Positions 12,680-25,135 are shown, counted from the first letter of the stretch. The stretch: DNA of 64,000 nucleotides from Negaprion brevirostris (GCA_030324005.1 JARDVH010000130.1:29154760-29218759), one strand, 5' to 3'. Notes: generated by a model from the letters alone, not told the origin. Program-made: numbers and translations.

Positions 12680-12946
12680 AGAAAGAGACATACTGTTGAA
12701 GCTTTTCATTTCATTTTGCACTCATCAGGACAGATATAAGAATACCAAATTTCAAAAGGAGGATCAATTTAACAAAATTTAACAGTTAAATTAAAGAAAA
12801 GCACATTGGACAATAATACCAATCATAACACCTCGACCAATCAGAGTCAACTTGCTTGACCAACCTGCATCCTTTACTCACGCAGTATAAGTTGTTGCTC
12901 CCTTTGACATTTGGCATTCTTGAATCTGTTCTGATGATTGCAAGGT
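12680..12946. mobile_element. Inverted pair of Penelope-like terminal repeats with hammerhead core motifs
   Basis: Arms ~12716-12778 and ~12885-12946 are imperfect reverse complements; CTGATGA on minus at 12722-12728 and on plus at 12931-12937. Confidence 0.65.
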
Positions 12947-13395
12947 GTAGGGTTACAGAAAAATACTATTATTGAAAGCTGCTGAATCTACTAAAAGGAG
13001 TTTCACTCAATTTATTGATCTACTCTATCTGCCTGATGCCAGTATGTTACAGTTCCCATTACACTCACTCCCAAATAGAAAATGGGATGAACTTTTAAAA
13101 TGATCTCCAACGTTTTACTATTTTACACTCTTTCACTATGTAAAGAGAAATCCGCTTCCATTGCTTTTACTGAGTCCTTGCTTTAAATTGGACAGCTGGA
13201 ACGCTGAGGAAAACTCAGGTCTCCCTTGTCCAGCCAGATTTTGTGTCCAGCTCATTTTCTGGAATGTGGAAATTATGTTACAGAGATAAAGCTACTCAAA
13301 CGTCAGGAGTAACAATTAAGGGCATACCACTAAAAGAAACAGGCTAATCAAAAATTGCACAAAAACAAAATCACTTAAATTCCTGAAGATATAAA

Positions 13396-13590
13396 GACTG
13401 GGATTTTCTGCCGTCCTGACTCCCAAACCACCACCGGTGTATGCCAGAGAGAAACTCTGCTCCCGCCAAAGTCTATGGTTCATTTTATGGCTTGCCTACC
13501 ATCCCGCCACTGGGGAATCCGCTGCAAAAAGGGAGTCCTTCACTTGGACTGGAGGATTGCATCAGCAGGAAGGGTCAGAAAATCCTGCTC
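13396..13590. mobile_element. MITE (PIF/Harbinger-like), ~195 bp
   Basis: TIRs gactgggattttctgccgtcctg / caggaagggtcagaaaatcctgctc; flanked by AAA on both sides (possible 3-bp TSD). Confidence 0.65.
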
Positions 13591-14041
13591 AAAGTGTAAG
13601 TTGCATAATTCACATTGCTACATTGCAGCCAACCATAGGCTGACAGTTACCATGCTAATTTATGTCAAAACCCCTTTGTGCTATCTGGAACTCAGCTGTG
13701 TCTGGCAGAGCAAATGTCTGAAGTGCTGGAAAGATTAATTTGCCAACCTGCTGAATGAGTTTGTCTTCCATTGTACTGTCCTTCATGTTGTATCTATGCA
13801 TTGATTGTGAATTTCATTGATAGGAATTCAAGAGGGATGCTTGATTTAACCCAGCAATATCATCAGTAATGAAACTGTAATTTAACCGTCTGCAAAGTGC
13901 CAGATTTGGGGATGGAAAGGAAGTATTTTCTTTTTAACAGTGGGATTTTATTTCGCATTCCTGCTGGCAGGAGACTGCAGATCACCTGTGGTAATATATT
14001 TGTTTATTCGTTAACTGGGTTAAAGTGGTCACATTTGTTAC

Positions 14042-14213
14042 CTGCTGTATTGTTGGTGTGATGATGGGAATAATCTGTTTCTGTCGCTCTGATAAGATGA
14101 TGATGTCATCAATAGCCCACTGGTCATATCCCTCACCAGAATGAACAGGCTGCCACCAGCGAAACCGGGTACAGGTGGTCTTGGCAGAAGCCGGAAGCTC
14201 AAAATATACAAAT
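14042..14213 (-). CDS. RELN: Reelin exon (~exon 26), 172 bp
   Basis: [57 protein letters not shown]; acceptor tttgacAG, donor GTAACA. Confidence 0.96.
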
Positions 14214-14875
14214 CTGTCAAATGAAATGGAAATGATAAAAAAAATTCTATTCAGTTTAGTTATTTACCAGTAAATTTCTATTCCCATGGCTTTACAGGCT
14301 TAGACCACTCTCAGACAAAAGGGCAAAGAGACATCCAATTGCCAGGCTGGGCCTGTTGAACCAGATGTAGTTGAACTTTATTTTTGTTCCCTCCTGCTAG
14401 GAGTGAGTGTATATCCTTCACTTAATGCCTTCGTCCAGTGGAAAAGTCAAATTCTTTAACTCACTATGCAAGGGAGCATTGGCCCAAAACCACATGTTGC
14501 AGCGACACAGCACCACCGTTCAGCCCACTGCCTGAAAAATGGTGGCCTGTGGGACAGGAGGGTTTTATACCAGTTAAGTACCATCTCTAAAGGAGTCAGG
14601 GAAAACCAGTTCAGGAAGTGGCCACACAATCTTCAGGCTGAAGCAATAGGGCTTAATTTGCTCGGCAAAGCTGATACGAGAGCTGGTACCAATGGCAGGA
14701 TTTCAGTGTGATTAGTTGGTGATATTTCTATGACAAGTCTAGCAAAAGTACTTTTGAAGGGCATCTTTGTTCTGGCTGATTCAATGGTACCCAAGGTTGA
14801 CTTTAGTGAGTGTTTAATTGATTTAAATCTAATAAACAAACCATGGAACGTATGTCCTCCCTCCCCAAGTCTTAC

Positions 14876-15081
14876 CTGGGTTGACCGTAGTCAGAAAAGT
14901 ACATTTCTGAGAGCAGGTGCCAGCTTATGCCACCATTGTTGCTGTACTGCAATAAAACACCCTCCTCTCTGCTGTCAGGTGTATTACAGGAGCCGATGTT
15001 CCCTCCAATCCGAACGTAGAACTGGATAAAGTCTACCCATTGAGTGTCAAGGTCCCAGCTGACGAGTTGCCTCTTTCCATG
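14876..15081 (-). CDS. RELN: Reelin exon (~exon 25), 206 bp
   Basis: [68 protein letters not shown](R); acceptor ctcgtctAG, donor GTAAGA. Confidence 0.96.
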
Positions 15082-15324
15082 CTAGACGAGTAAGTAAATG
15101 GAACACATCTTGAAGATTACAGTATCTGATATCCTTGTTACAGGCATAAGCATGACGGAATTATTGGGAAAATGATTTTACAAAATGTGGAGGGTGAAAA
15201 GGATTAAAGGTCTTTGCTCACATGAGAAAGAAACCAAACTGTTATTTTAGCCTGAGCCCACAGGCACATTTTTTCTCTCTAGTTTCAAAGACAAAAGGTG
15301 AAATTCTTCCATTTTGAAACTAAG

Positions 15325-16652
15325 GATGGGATATTACGGCCTCACTTGTCCCAAAACCATAAAATCCAGGCCAAGGTCAATGGAGCTTCCCACTGTCCAC
15401 CCCATGTCCGCTCCGATTCCCGTGGTGGGTGGGACAGGGCGATAGAATTCTGGCCTAAGTGCGGTGGCAGGCAGCTCTGTGGCACTTGTCCCATTGACAG
15501 GGTTCAATGCCTGGAACCTCAATAATTATGCACAAGCACTTTCCCATCCAAGACACTTGGCTGGCTGGCAGCTGATTTGCCCACCCATCATCAGTTGGCA
15601 GNNNNNNNAAGGACCCAGAACCATACTGAAACACAAGTTCAGTATCCTATTTTTCACTCTCTCCAACTTACCTGCCTGCACCAGACCATGCAGAATGTCA
15701 GCAACTCAAAGGGACAAGGCTAGCAACCTCAGCCAGAAATCTGTTCCTTGATTCAACCACCCTCTCCCTGAGCACATCACCGGCAAGGCACCCACTCCCC
15801 ATTTGGACATCTATCCACTGCATGTGTGTGCATCCCCTTCCAGTTTCCTTTGAAACCCTCCCCCCTTATTTGTGAGCTTTTTTGGGGTCCAGTTCTCCTC
15901 CATTTGGTATTCCATTGATCCTCGTTCACCATCTTGCTTACCTGCGTGCCACCGTGGGCCTTTGCCCTTCACTCCCCCATGTTGTCAGTCTTCCTTCCAC
16001 ATTGCCCTGCCCCCTTGTCTTTGTTAGGCTACACCTCAACCTCATCTCTCATCACCTCTCACCCCCGAATCAAACTTTGTTGCAGTGACTGCATGAATCC
16101 TGCAGCACAGTTCTGTCTGAATAGATACTAGTGTGTGGCAACAGGGGGAAGGAAATCCCTGTGCTCCTCGAAGCCAAGCCTGTACTGATCTGACTTAGTG
16201 ACACAGGAGGGCCCATGGATCCAATGCTGTCCATGAAGGCCAGAGGCAGTAACTGTTCTGCCCAGCAGAGTGGTGAACAGCACATCATGAGCACTGTAGC
16301 ACTATGGCAGAAAGTTGTTACCCTCTCCCTGAAGTCTCTGGTGAACCAAGGACTTCGTTGTGAACACCACTCATCAGCAATCAGGTTTAATGGCTGGTAA
16401 TTTCACACTCGTGATCGGAAGGCCTGAACGGATGCCAATGGACAGTTGTTTTACTGAGCATTCATGAGAGGCAAATGGCGTTTGCACCACCTGCCAGGGG
16501 AAAGTGTGACCACCATTAACCCGCCATTGGGAGAACTTGCAATGTGATTTTATGCTGGTGTGCTTCCGATTTTTGTCTCCTGCCAGATTCACACGCCTGC
16601 CCCCACCACCAAACCAGCTGCAGGCTGGGTGGGAGAATTCCACCCATGGAGT
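15325..16652. mobile_element. Decayed Harbinger-like DNA transposon derivative
   Basis: GC-rich ends resembling the other TIR elements (gggagaattccaccc at the right end); interior not assignable with certainty. Confidence 0.35.
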
Positions 16653-17034
16653 GTGGTTCCATGGGTACATGTTCATCTCCAGCATCTCTGCCAAGTGATT
16701 ATCTTTCAGTTGAAAGACTCAACAGTGGCTTCAGGTGCAAGCGACAGTTGGCAGTCAAGCTATCATCACTTGGATTTTTCACATCCGCACTTTACAGAAG
16801 GGGTTATATGAGAATGAAGTTATTTTCCTCTTGCTTATGCTGTAACACTCTCATTGCTGCCTGACAGGTCACTGATCTAAACAAACAAGTCATTGGGAAT
16901 CTCGTAGTTGTTTGTTTCCATTTCTGAGTTTCAAAATCACACACAATAAGCATACATCCTCACATCATACTAAAACCACATATCGATCTGATAGACACTG
17001 GTTCAGGTTGTCTTGGATGAAGAAGAAACTGTAC

Positions 17035-17221
17035 CTCAGAGAAGTAGAGCGATGAACCTGAGGAAATAACTCCACAGCCCTCCTCTGGTTTAACAATTTG
17101 TCCACCAATAATTTCCTGCCAATCATTCTTCATCACAGCCTCATTCTCAAAGTCACATGTCACTGTTGAAGGCAACATAGCCTCTGGCTTACAGGTAGAT
17201 CCATGATAACCTGAATCACAT
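17035..17221 (-). CDS. RELN: Reelin exon (~exon 24), 187 bp
   Basis: [62 protein letters not shown]; acceptor ttctatcaAG, donor GTACAG. Confidence 0.96.
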
Positions 17222-17454
17222 CTTGATAGAAAGAAATGACTATTTAGGGACTGAATTGTGATTATAGAATTCTGCACTTTGTCGATAAGCTGAATTTGAA
17301 ACTAATTTAGTTTAAAGGGATATTCAAACACATGCAGTTAAGGTCATGAATGTAAATATGGGCCACAATTCTTGTCTGTGGCTGGGATTCTCTGATCCCG
17401 CTGCTAAGAATGGAAATTTGGCTGAGCACCAGATTCTCCATTCCCACTGACAGC

Positions 17455-17732
17455 TGTGAACTGGCAAATGGAATTTAATATTGGCAAATGTGAGGTGGTC
17501 CACTTTGGTAGGAATAATGGTAGGAAGGACTATTACTTACATGGCGAAAAACTGCAGNNNNNNNNNNNNNNNNNNNNNNNNNNNNNNNNNNNNNNNNNNN
17601 NNNNNNNNNNNNNNNNNNNNNNNNNNNNNNNNNNNNNNNNNNNNNNNNNNNNNNNNNATGATCTTATTGAATGGCGGGGCAGGCTCGAGGGGCTAGATGG
17701 CCTACTCCTGCTCCTATTTCTTACGTTCTTAT
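17455..17732 (+). mobile_element. CR1 LINE fragment spanning a gap
   Basis: WQMEFNIGKCEVVHFGRNN...YYLHGEKLQ and 3' tail ggcctactcctgctcctatttcttacg. Confidence 0.85.
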
Positions 17733-18077
17733 GTGATGGGGTGTACAACGTTGAGGATTCTGGCCATGGTGTTCTGGGCTACAAAGGCAATCACCTAATA
17801 AAATGGAATGAGTTAAAGACATTCAGTCCACCTATCGCATCAAAGTACAATGCACCCCATCATGGACTTTATTTTGACATCAAGGACTAAAGGAAGTTTT
17901 GATCATTTCCAGGATCCTGTGCTCAACACTTGGAGTGAGCACCAAATGGAGTTGCAGCATAGGTCATCCATGATCAAGCTGAATGATGGAACATGTTCAA
18001 AGAGCTGAATGGTTTACTCCTGTGCCTATGTATATATGCTTCTCCTGATAAATCAATATTTCTATATTATTACATAC

Positions 18078-18215
18078 TTGCATAGTCCATTGTAACACCA
18101 GCCATGTCCATTGCACATTTCAGGACACTGTTGACCAATATAAATATCATCTAATGCCCATTCATCCTGAATCATATAGTAACTCTGGCTCCATCGAAAA
18201 CGTGTAGCACTTGAC
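18078..18215 (-). CDS. RELN: Reelin exon (~exon 23), 138 bp, EGF-like module of repeat 2
   Basis: [45 protein letters not shown](K); acceptor tgattcAG, donor GTATGT. Confidence 0.96.
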
Positions 18216-19965
18216 CTGAATCAGTTTAAAAAAAAGATGTTAGTCTTAGGAATTTACCTTAATTAAAATGAGGAGTGGCTGTTTCACTAATCATTGTGAC
18301 AAAAGTATGCTGGAGATTTATTGAAAGAAATGTTTATAACCCCTGAATTAGTTCAGTTGGCAAAAATATTTGAGCCGCACAGGCCAGAGGTTTCAAAATT
18401 ATTAGCTAATCTCCTCCTGGGTGGTAGTTAAGGTGCCATAATGTAGGCCTGGATCTCCTAAACTAGAGAGGGAAGAATCAGCCATAGTTGTTGATGGAAA
18501 GTGTAATGTTTGGCTGTAACAACAACGTATTTGGTAAACCTGGCAATATTCATTGGTTCAGACATAAAGAATGGCCACTTGGGTAAAGTATCAAAGGACA
18601 GCCAATTAGCAATTGTATCTCAATATGAGTCAGCACCTCCCAGAGAGGAGGGTACAAGGAAATAGTTAGGCCCAAAGCCTCATTTTTAAAATACATGGCA
18701 TACAAATAACATTGTAAATGTGCGTAAAGAATATTCATGTTACTCAGTGACTCTGCTTTACAGTTATTGAAGTGGTGGTGCCAATGGAGCAGAGAAAATA
18801 ATCTGTATCCTATCAGGGAACTGCGTGCAAATATGTGGCACAATTCACTACATTAGGACTCCATTTTTAATAGTCAAGCCCAATATTATGATTGAAGAGG
18901 TTAAGCCTCAATGAATGAATCTCAAACTATGGTGCACTGGTCGAACACAGAAAATGTTAATTTATTTTATCAATGAGCCCATGTTTGTCAAATACTGCAT
19001 TTAGCATCTTATAATTTATACCACATTGGGAGAAAACGCCACTCTACTTTCATTATTTAGCCCATAAATCAGATTTTTGGAAGGCTGAATCTTGTCTTCC
19101 CACATGGTGCATGCTGCTCCCAAGACTACATCCCTTTCTGGAGCTCCTGTGTCACTTTCGGCATGCCTTTGTGGGCTGAACAGCAGAGTATTTGGATTAT
19201 TGACTTTAATGCAGCCAGGATGTGTCACACTGATGGTATGATCTCAGACTGGTTTTGAAGGTCAACCGCTTAGGAAGTTCAGATGATAATTGGTGAATGT
19301 AAGAACAAGCTCTTCCCAGTCAAGAACCAGCTAATGCAATGACATTTTAATATTTATATTCCAAAATGCAAATGTGATAATTACACTGCGTTTGTTAAAA
19401 AAAACTGTCCCCGACAGCTGCCTGCATCTCATCAGCAGTGCTGATATGCAAATATCTACACATAAAAACAAATTCATTTTCATAAAGCAAAATCCAATGT
19501 AATTTGTCTAAGCTGTGCTTAGTACATAATGTGATTGGAAGAAAAATGACAAGCTCAGGGCAGCAGTTTGCATCAAATGTCCTGCAAATGCTTTATGAAA
19601 TTGGTGTTAAGATTACCAAATCCCTTCTGACACACTCCGACATGTTTAAACACTAGTGTTCTTTGCGGTTTGAATGCATTCGCCTAAATACTGAAGAACT
19701 GTGCATATTCAATCAATGTTAAACAGAAACTTGTTAATTTTTTTATGGCTATTACGGAGATTAAAAATTCATTTGAGCCGATAACAGCTGTTAAGATAAT
19801 TAAAACTAGTCACAAGTTGGGGAGGAGCCAATTAAAGCCCAGTTACCTGGAGTCTTTGATTTCACATTCTGCAGATTTATGTGATGAGACAGTTGGTGGG
19901 AAGACAATGATTCATCTTACGTTTGGCCCATTCCCAAGGATTAATGCCTGCAATGATTTACTTAC

Positions 19966-20078
19966 CACGTTTTTTGTTGCAGGGACACGGTTACTCTTTT
20001 CCACTGTGAGAACTCCGAGGAATGATAAACACTGGCAGAGGTGAACTCCTGGCAACTAGGCATACTGGGAAAACATTC
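19966..20078 (-). CDS. RELN: Reelin exon (~exon 22), 113 bp
   Basis: [37 protein letters not shown](W); acceptor tttcctgcAG, donor GTAAGT. Confidence 0.96.
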
Positions 20079-20209
20079 CTGCAGGAAAACACATCAAGCT
20101 AGAAAATAGGGTTACCAAAATTTTTAAAATTCCACATCTGCCTGTCAAAAGGCTCCAAATGTACAATTTGGGAATCAATGGATTAATGAAGATTGAAGAC
20201 TGCAAAAGG

Positions 20210-22050
20210 CATTGGTGAGGCCACACCTGGACTATTGTGTGCAGTTTTGATGTCCTTATCTGAGGAAGGATGTTCTTGGCAAAGAGGGGGTACAGCGAAG
20301 GTTTACCAGGCNNNNNNNNNNNNNNNNNNNNNNNNNNNNNNNNNNNNNNNNNNNNNNNNNNNNNNNNNNNNNNNNNNNNNNNNNNNNNNNNNNNNNNNNN
20401 NNNNNNNNNNNACTGGTAATGTTAAAATGGCGGTGCGGGCTCGTTGGGCCGAAGGGCCTGTTTCCCGGGCTGTTTTTGTTCTTTGTTCTTTGTCATGGTG
20501 GGATTCGGACCCAGATTGCCAGACTATTAATCTGGATCACCGCATTACTAGTCCAATGACAATACCATTATGCCACTGATTCCCCTGGACTAGCCACATG
20601 AATAGGTCGAGTGGGTCAAATGGCAGCATGGTGGCATAGTTGTTAGCAGTGCTACCTCACACAGCTAGGGACCGAGGTTCAGTTCTGGACTTGGGTCACT
20701 GTCTGTGTGGAGGTTGGGTCTCCATGTCTATGTGGGTTTCCTCTGGGTGCTTCAGTTTCCTACCATTCCAAAGAAATGCAAATGAGGTTGATTGGTCATG
20801 CTGAATTGCCCCTTAGAATCAAGGGGATTAACAGGATACGTGTGGTTACAGGGGTAGGACCTGGGTGGGATTGCTGTTGGTGCAGGCTGAATGGACAAAT
20901 GGCCTCCTTCTGCACTGTAGAGATTCTATGAAATATAGTGGCTGAAAGAGCAGGTCAGAAGCTAGGAATCCTGCAGTGGCTAACTCACCTCCTGACTCTC
21001 CAAAGTCTGTCCACCATCTATAAGGCAGAAACCAGGACTGTGAGGTAATATTCTCTATTTGCCTGGATGAGTACAATTCCGACAATACTCAAGAAGCTGA
21101 ACACCATCCAGGGCAAAAGCAAAACAGCTCATTTGACTGGCATCCCATCCACAAATATTCATTCCCTCTATCACCAATGTATATCAACAGCACGATCTAC
21201 AAGATGCACTACAGGAACTCACCAAGGCTCCTTCGGTAGCACCTTCAAACCCATGACCATCAAGAAGCACAAGGCCAGTAGATGCATGGGAATGATTACC
21301 TGGAAGGCCTCCTCCAAGTCATTCACCATCTTGACTTGGAACTGTATCACCATTCCTTTACTAACACTGGGTCAAAATCCTGGAATAGCCTTCGTAATAG
21401 CATATTGAGTGCACCTACACCTTTGAAACTGCAGCACTTCAAGAAAGCAGTTCAACACTGCCTTCTCAAGGACAAAACTGCACACAATTCTCCACACCTG
21501 GAGTATTGTGGGCAGTTTTGATGTCTTTCTCTGAGGAAGGATGTCCTTGCTATAGAGGGACTACTGCAAAGGTTTACCAGGCTGATTCCTGGAATGGCAG
21601 GTCTGTCATATGAGGAGAGACTAAATCCGTTAGGATTATATCCACTGAAGTTTAGAAGAATGAGAGGGGATCCCAAAAAAACTTATAAAATTCTAACAGG
21701 GTTAGACAGGGTAGATTCAGAAAGAATGTTCCCAATGGTGGGGGAGTCCAGAACTAGAGGTCATAGTTTGAGGATAAGAATTAAACTTTTAGAACTGAGG
21801 TGAGGAGAAATTTCTTCACACAGAGGGTGATGAAGATGTGGAATTCGCTACCACAGAAAATAGTTGAGACCAAATGTTGTCTGATATCAAGATGAAATTA
21901 GATATAGCTCTTGGGGAGAGAGGGATATGGGAGGAAGGGGGATTCAGGATATTGAATTCAATGATGAGCCATGATCAAAATGAATGGCAGAACAGGCTCG
22001 AAGGGCAGAATGGCCTAGTCCTGTTTCTAGTTTCTATGTTTCTTTGCTTC
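20210..22050 (+). mobile_element. TE cluster: CR1 (20210-20492), HE1 SINE (20622-20930), L2/CR1-group LINE (20935-21470), CR1 3' part (21488-22050)
   Basis: PHLEYCGQF and GLSYEERLNPLGLYPLKFRRMRGD..TYKILTGLDRVD (CR1 RT C-terminus); LKKLNTIQ motif; HE1 V-domain. Confidence 0.8.
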
Positions 22051-22393
22051 TATTGTGAGAATATCTTCTTTGAGTTAGACATATTTGAAATACCTGCAGT
22101 AGTCACCCTAACTGGATTGTCAATGTTATTGATTCATATTCTGATAAAGTCATGGAAATGTATGAGGCCAAAACATGCTCAAAAGAATTTTCAGATTCAA
22201 AAATCAAACAAATAGGTAGTTTTCTTCTTTCCAGATCACAATGAGGTCCCGTGACAAATGGAACTTTCAGTAAGTTATAACCAGAAAGAACAAGTGGGAG
22301 CCACTAGTTTGGGCTATGTTAATGTGGCATAGGAGGAGCTATTAGAGCAGAAATATTAAAACAACAGAGGCGAGCAAAAGCAACCATCTACAC

Positions 22394-23608
22394 AGCTCAT
22401 TAGGTTATTTTAAAAATAAAGGAAAACTAGTTAGCTTGAACAGTAAGATGTATGGTCCTAATTACGAATAGGGTAAGGTCAGTACTCTTAATAATAAACC
22501 TCACTGAAAGGGAACATTTGCAGCAGAGAAAGTTCTCTTCAAACACAGGAGTGCTGAATTTACCATTTAATAATTTCACTTTCCTCTGTACGATTTAATC
22601 TGTAGAATTTACATCTACACAGATGCTTGTGTGAAATGTTTGCTATGTTGAAGAATATGGTGTCTGAGCAATCCTTCAGAAAATCTCCACGGTGACAGTC
22701 CTTGGTTGAGAAGAAATGTACTGAAGAAGTTTGTGAATCCAAGTTATCTTCCCCAGGGAAAGCACTTCATTTGCACCAGTTTTAGGTGAAACTTAGACAC
22801 AAAATAAAGTCTTTACACTATAAAGATGGTACTGATAACTGAGAAAATCAAAACCTAGATCAAACCTAAATAAAACTTCATTGATGGCTGTGAACCTGTT
22901 CAATAAAGGCCTAAGCAGGAAACTGATTAAAGTAACTTAAATGCGTTAGTTCAAATATAGTCACAGGCAGGGGCTTTATTTATTGAAAGTTCACATTTGG
23001 TGTCATAGTGAAGATGATCTGAATGCAACTTTAAATAATGACTGCACATATTCATAACACCAAAGACAACAAAAATAAAGATTTGACATTGACAGAAACA
23101 ACATATGTAAATTGTAAACTGCTTTCTGACATCACTAAATGTAATTTATGCCAAGAAGTGGCACAAGTCTCAAGATTGAACTAGCATTGAACTATAAACT
23201 AGAGCCTGAACATTCATGTCACAACACAGGATCACTTTTTATTAGCAATGAATAAAAAAATGACCAGCTGTCTGCACATATTCCCTTTCCATTTGTATAA
23301 AATTTATCCAACAGTGCACAATTCAAAAAAAGATTGCGTCATTGATACAATCCAAACTAGACTGATTAATATGTGTAATGTTTAACATTGAGCTCATTAG
23401 GTTATTTTAAAAATAAAGGAAAACTAGTTAGCTTGAACAGTAAGATGTATGGCCCTAATTACGAATAGGGTAAATTCAGTACTCTTAATAATGAACCCCA
23501 CAGAAAGGGAACATTTGCAGCAGAGAAAGTTCTCTTCAAACACAGGAGTGCTGAATTTACCATTTAATAATTTCACTTTCCTCTGTAAGATTTAATCTGT
23601 AGAATTTA
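22394..23608 (+). repeat. Dispersed direct duplication of 218 bp (22394-22611 and 23391-23608)
   Basis: Copies align with about 7 substitutions and no indels by eye. Confidence 0.92.
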
Positions 23609-23901
23609 TACAACACTACATGCAGAAAAAGGCCTTTCAGCCCATTGAGTCTGCACCTACTCTCTGAAAGTGCATCTTACCCAGGCCCACCAGAAGGGTG
23701 GTAGGTGGAAGCATTGGGGTCAACATGTTTAATTGCACAAAATTATAAGAGACAGACTTGTTGGATTAGTGGATCTTTACCTGCCCATCATTTTTCGTAC
23801 TTTTATCTGTTCTTATAAGTTACAAGTTTCTGGCTATATCACTGTGTAAATTTAGCACTGAGCAAGTCCAAAAATCTTGTAAATCTTGCTCTCATATTTA
23901 C

Positions 23902-24094
23902 CTCCTGTACAAGGTGCCACGTTAAGCCATGGTTTGTGGAATATTCTAGTCTTATTTGGTTGTCCACATGTAGTGTAAAAGGCTTTCCACAGCCCATCAC
24001 CAGGCTGAATTGCAGCATATATGAGGCCCCGATCTGCATGGACTGGGTTTCGACATAGCGCATGCTCGAACTTGTTTTAGAATCTCCAGTGAAA
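23902..24094 (-). CDS. RELN: Reelin exon (~exon 21), 193 bp
   Basis: [64 protein letters not shown]; acceptor ttgctacAG, donor GTAAAT. Confidence 0.97.
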
Positions 24095-24174
24095 CTGTAG
24101 CAATGACAAATAAAGAAATATTAAGTGGACACAATTGTTAAGATCAAGCCAAAGGCAGAATTCTTTAGTAATGT

Positions 24175-24460
24175 GAGTGACTGGACTATGCAGTAGGTTA
24201 GTCACTGGCCTTTCACCTCGAGGCTATTGTTACAATCCAAACTAGACTGATTGATAAAAGTTTGATTATTTGCTGGTTACTCAAACCTAATTCCTGAAGG
24301 ACATAAGCCTAAATGCATAAAGTTGTATTATTTTGAGGGTACTTGCAATCTTATTGAAAGCGACTACAAGTTAGGTTTGCAGGAAATGTAAAATCACTGT
24401 GCTGGTGCAACAGTGTATGCTTTTCGAAGATTGGGGCTGAAGCACGTTATTGGGCTGAAC
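24175..24460 (+). mobile_element. Ancient tRNA-derived SINE, LF-SINE-like
   Basis: gcctttcacctcgagg...caatccaaac and gggctgaagcacgttattgggc resemble recalled LF-SINE motifs GCCTTTCACCTCTAGG...AAATCCAGCCC and GGGTTGAGGCACATTGGCAGGGC. Confidence 0.45.
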
Positions 24461-25009
24461 TTTTCTTTTGATGTCTTTGATGCTCTAAGTTTAAATTATG
24501 ATGTTTGTCACGTATTTGATGTAGCTTTTTGTCCCTCTTTTCCTGAAGTCATATCCATATGGTTGATATATTTTACATGACAATCATTACTGAGTGCAAA
24601 CAGGGAAGGATATACTTTGTTGATACGTTGAGGGTCGAGTAGGAACAATGTGCAACATTTTATAATTCAGGCCTCTGAAGTAACAATAACCTCTTTGGGA
24701 TATCATATGTTTTTGGGGTAGACTATACTTCAGTGTGGAGAGGGTAACCCTCACAGAGCACGCAAAACTACGCTTGACTTCACTGGACTGGACATGGAAC
24801 TGCAGTCAAATGGAGTGTTTATATCATATTTGAAATTTTAACAATAAAACCAAGTATCTCAAAACTGTCTCTGTATTCTTTGCAGCAAGAACAATGGTGT
24901 TTCCATTAGTCTACTGGATAGATGAATTATTCATATTTCCATGATGGAAATAATCCAAAATGGTCTTTTTGGTTGCAACAGAAATATGGTCGTTGAATGA
25001 TTCTTTGGT

Positions 25010-25135
25010 AAGCTGGTTAGTTCAGTTGGCCACATGGTTAATGTTGATTCTGAATGATGCCAACAGCGGGGGTCAATTCCTGTTCTGGCTGAGGTAGATT
25101 TGGAAACTGCCTCCTTCGCCCTGCCTGAAAATGGA
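25010..25135 (+). mobile_element. tRNA-headed SINE fragment (related copies at 49800-49985 minus and 56607-56725 plus)
   Basis: tagttcagttgg...gatgccaacagcgggggtcaattcctgttctggctgagg A/B-box-like head shared by three loci. Confidence 0.55.

Noticed and set aside
22394-23608. Direct repeats as LTRs or a CRISPR-like array
   Set aside because: No TG..CA ends, PBS/PPT or TSD seen; only two copies; eukaryotic intron
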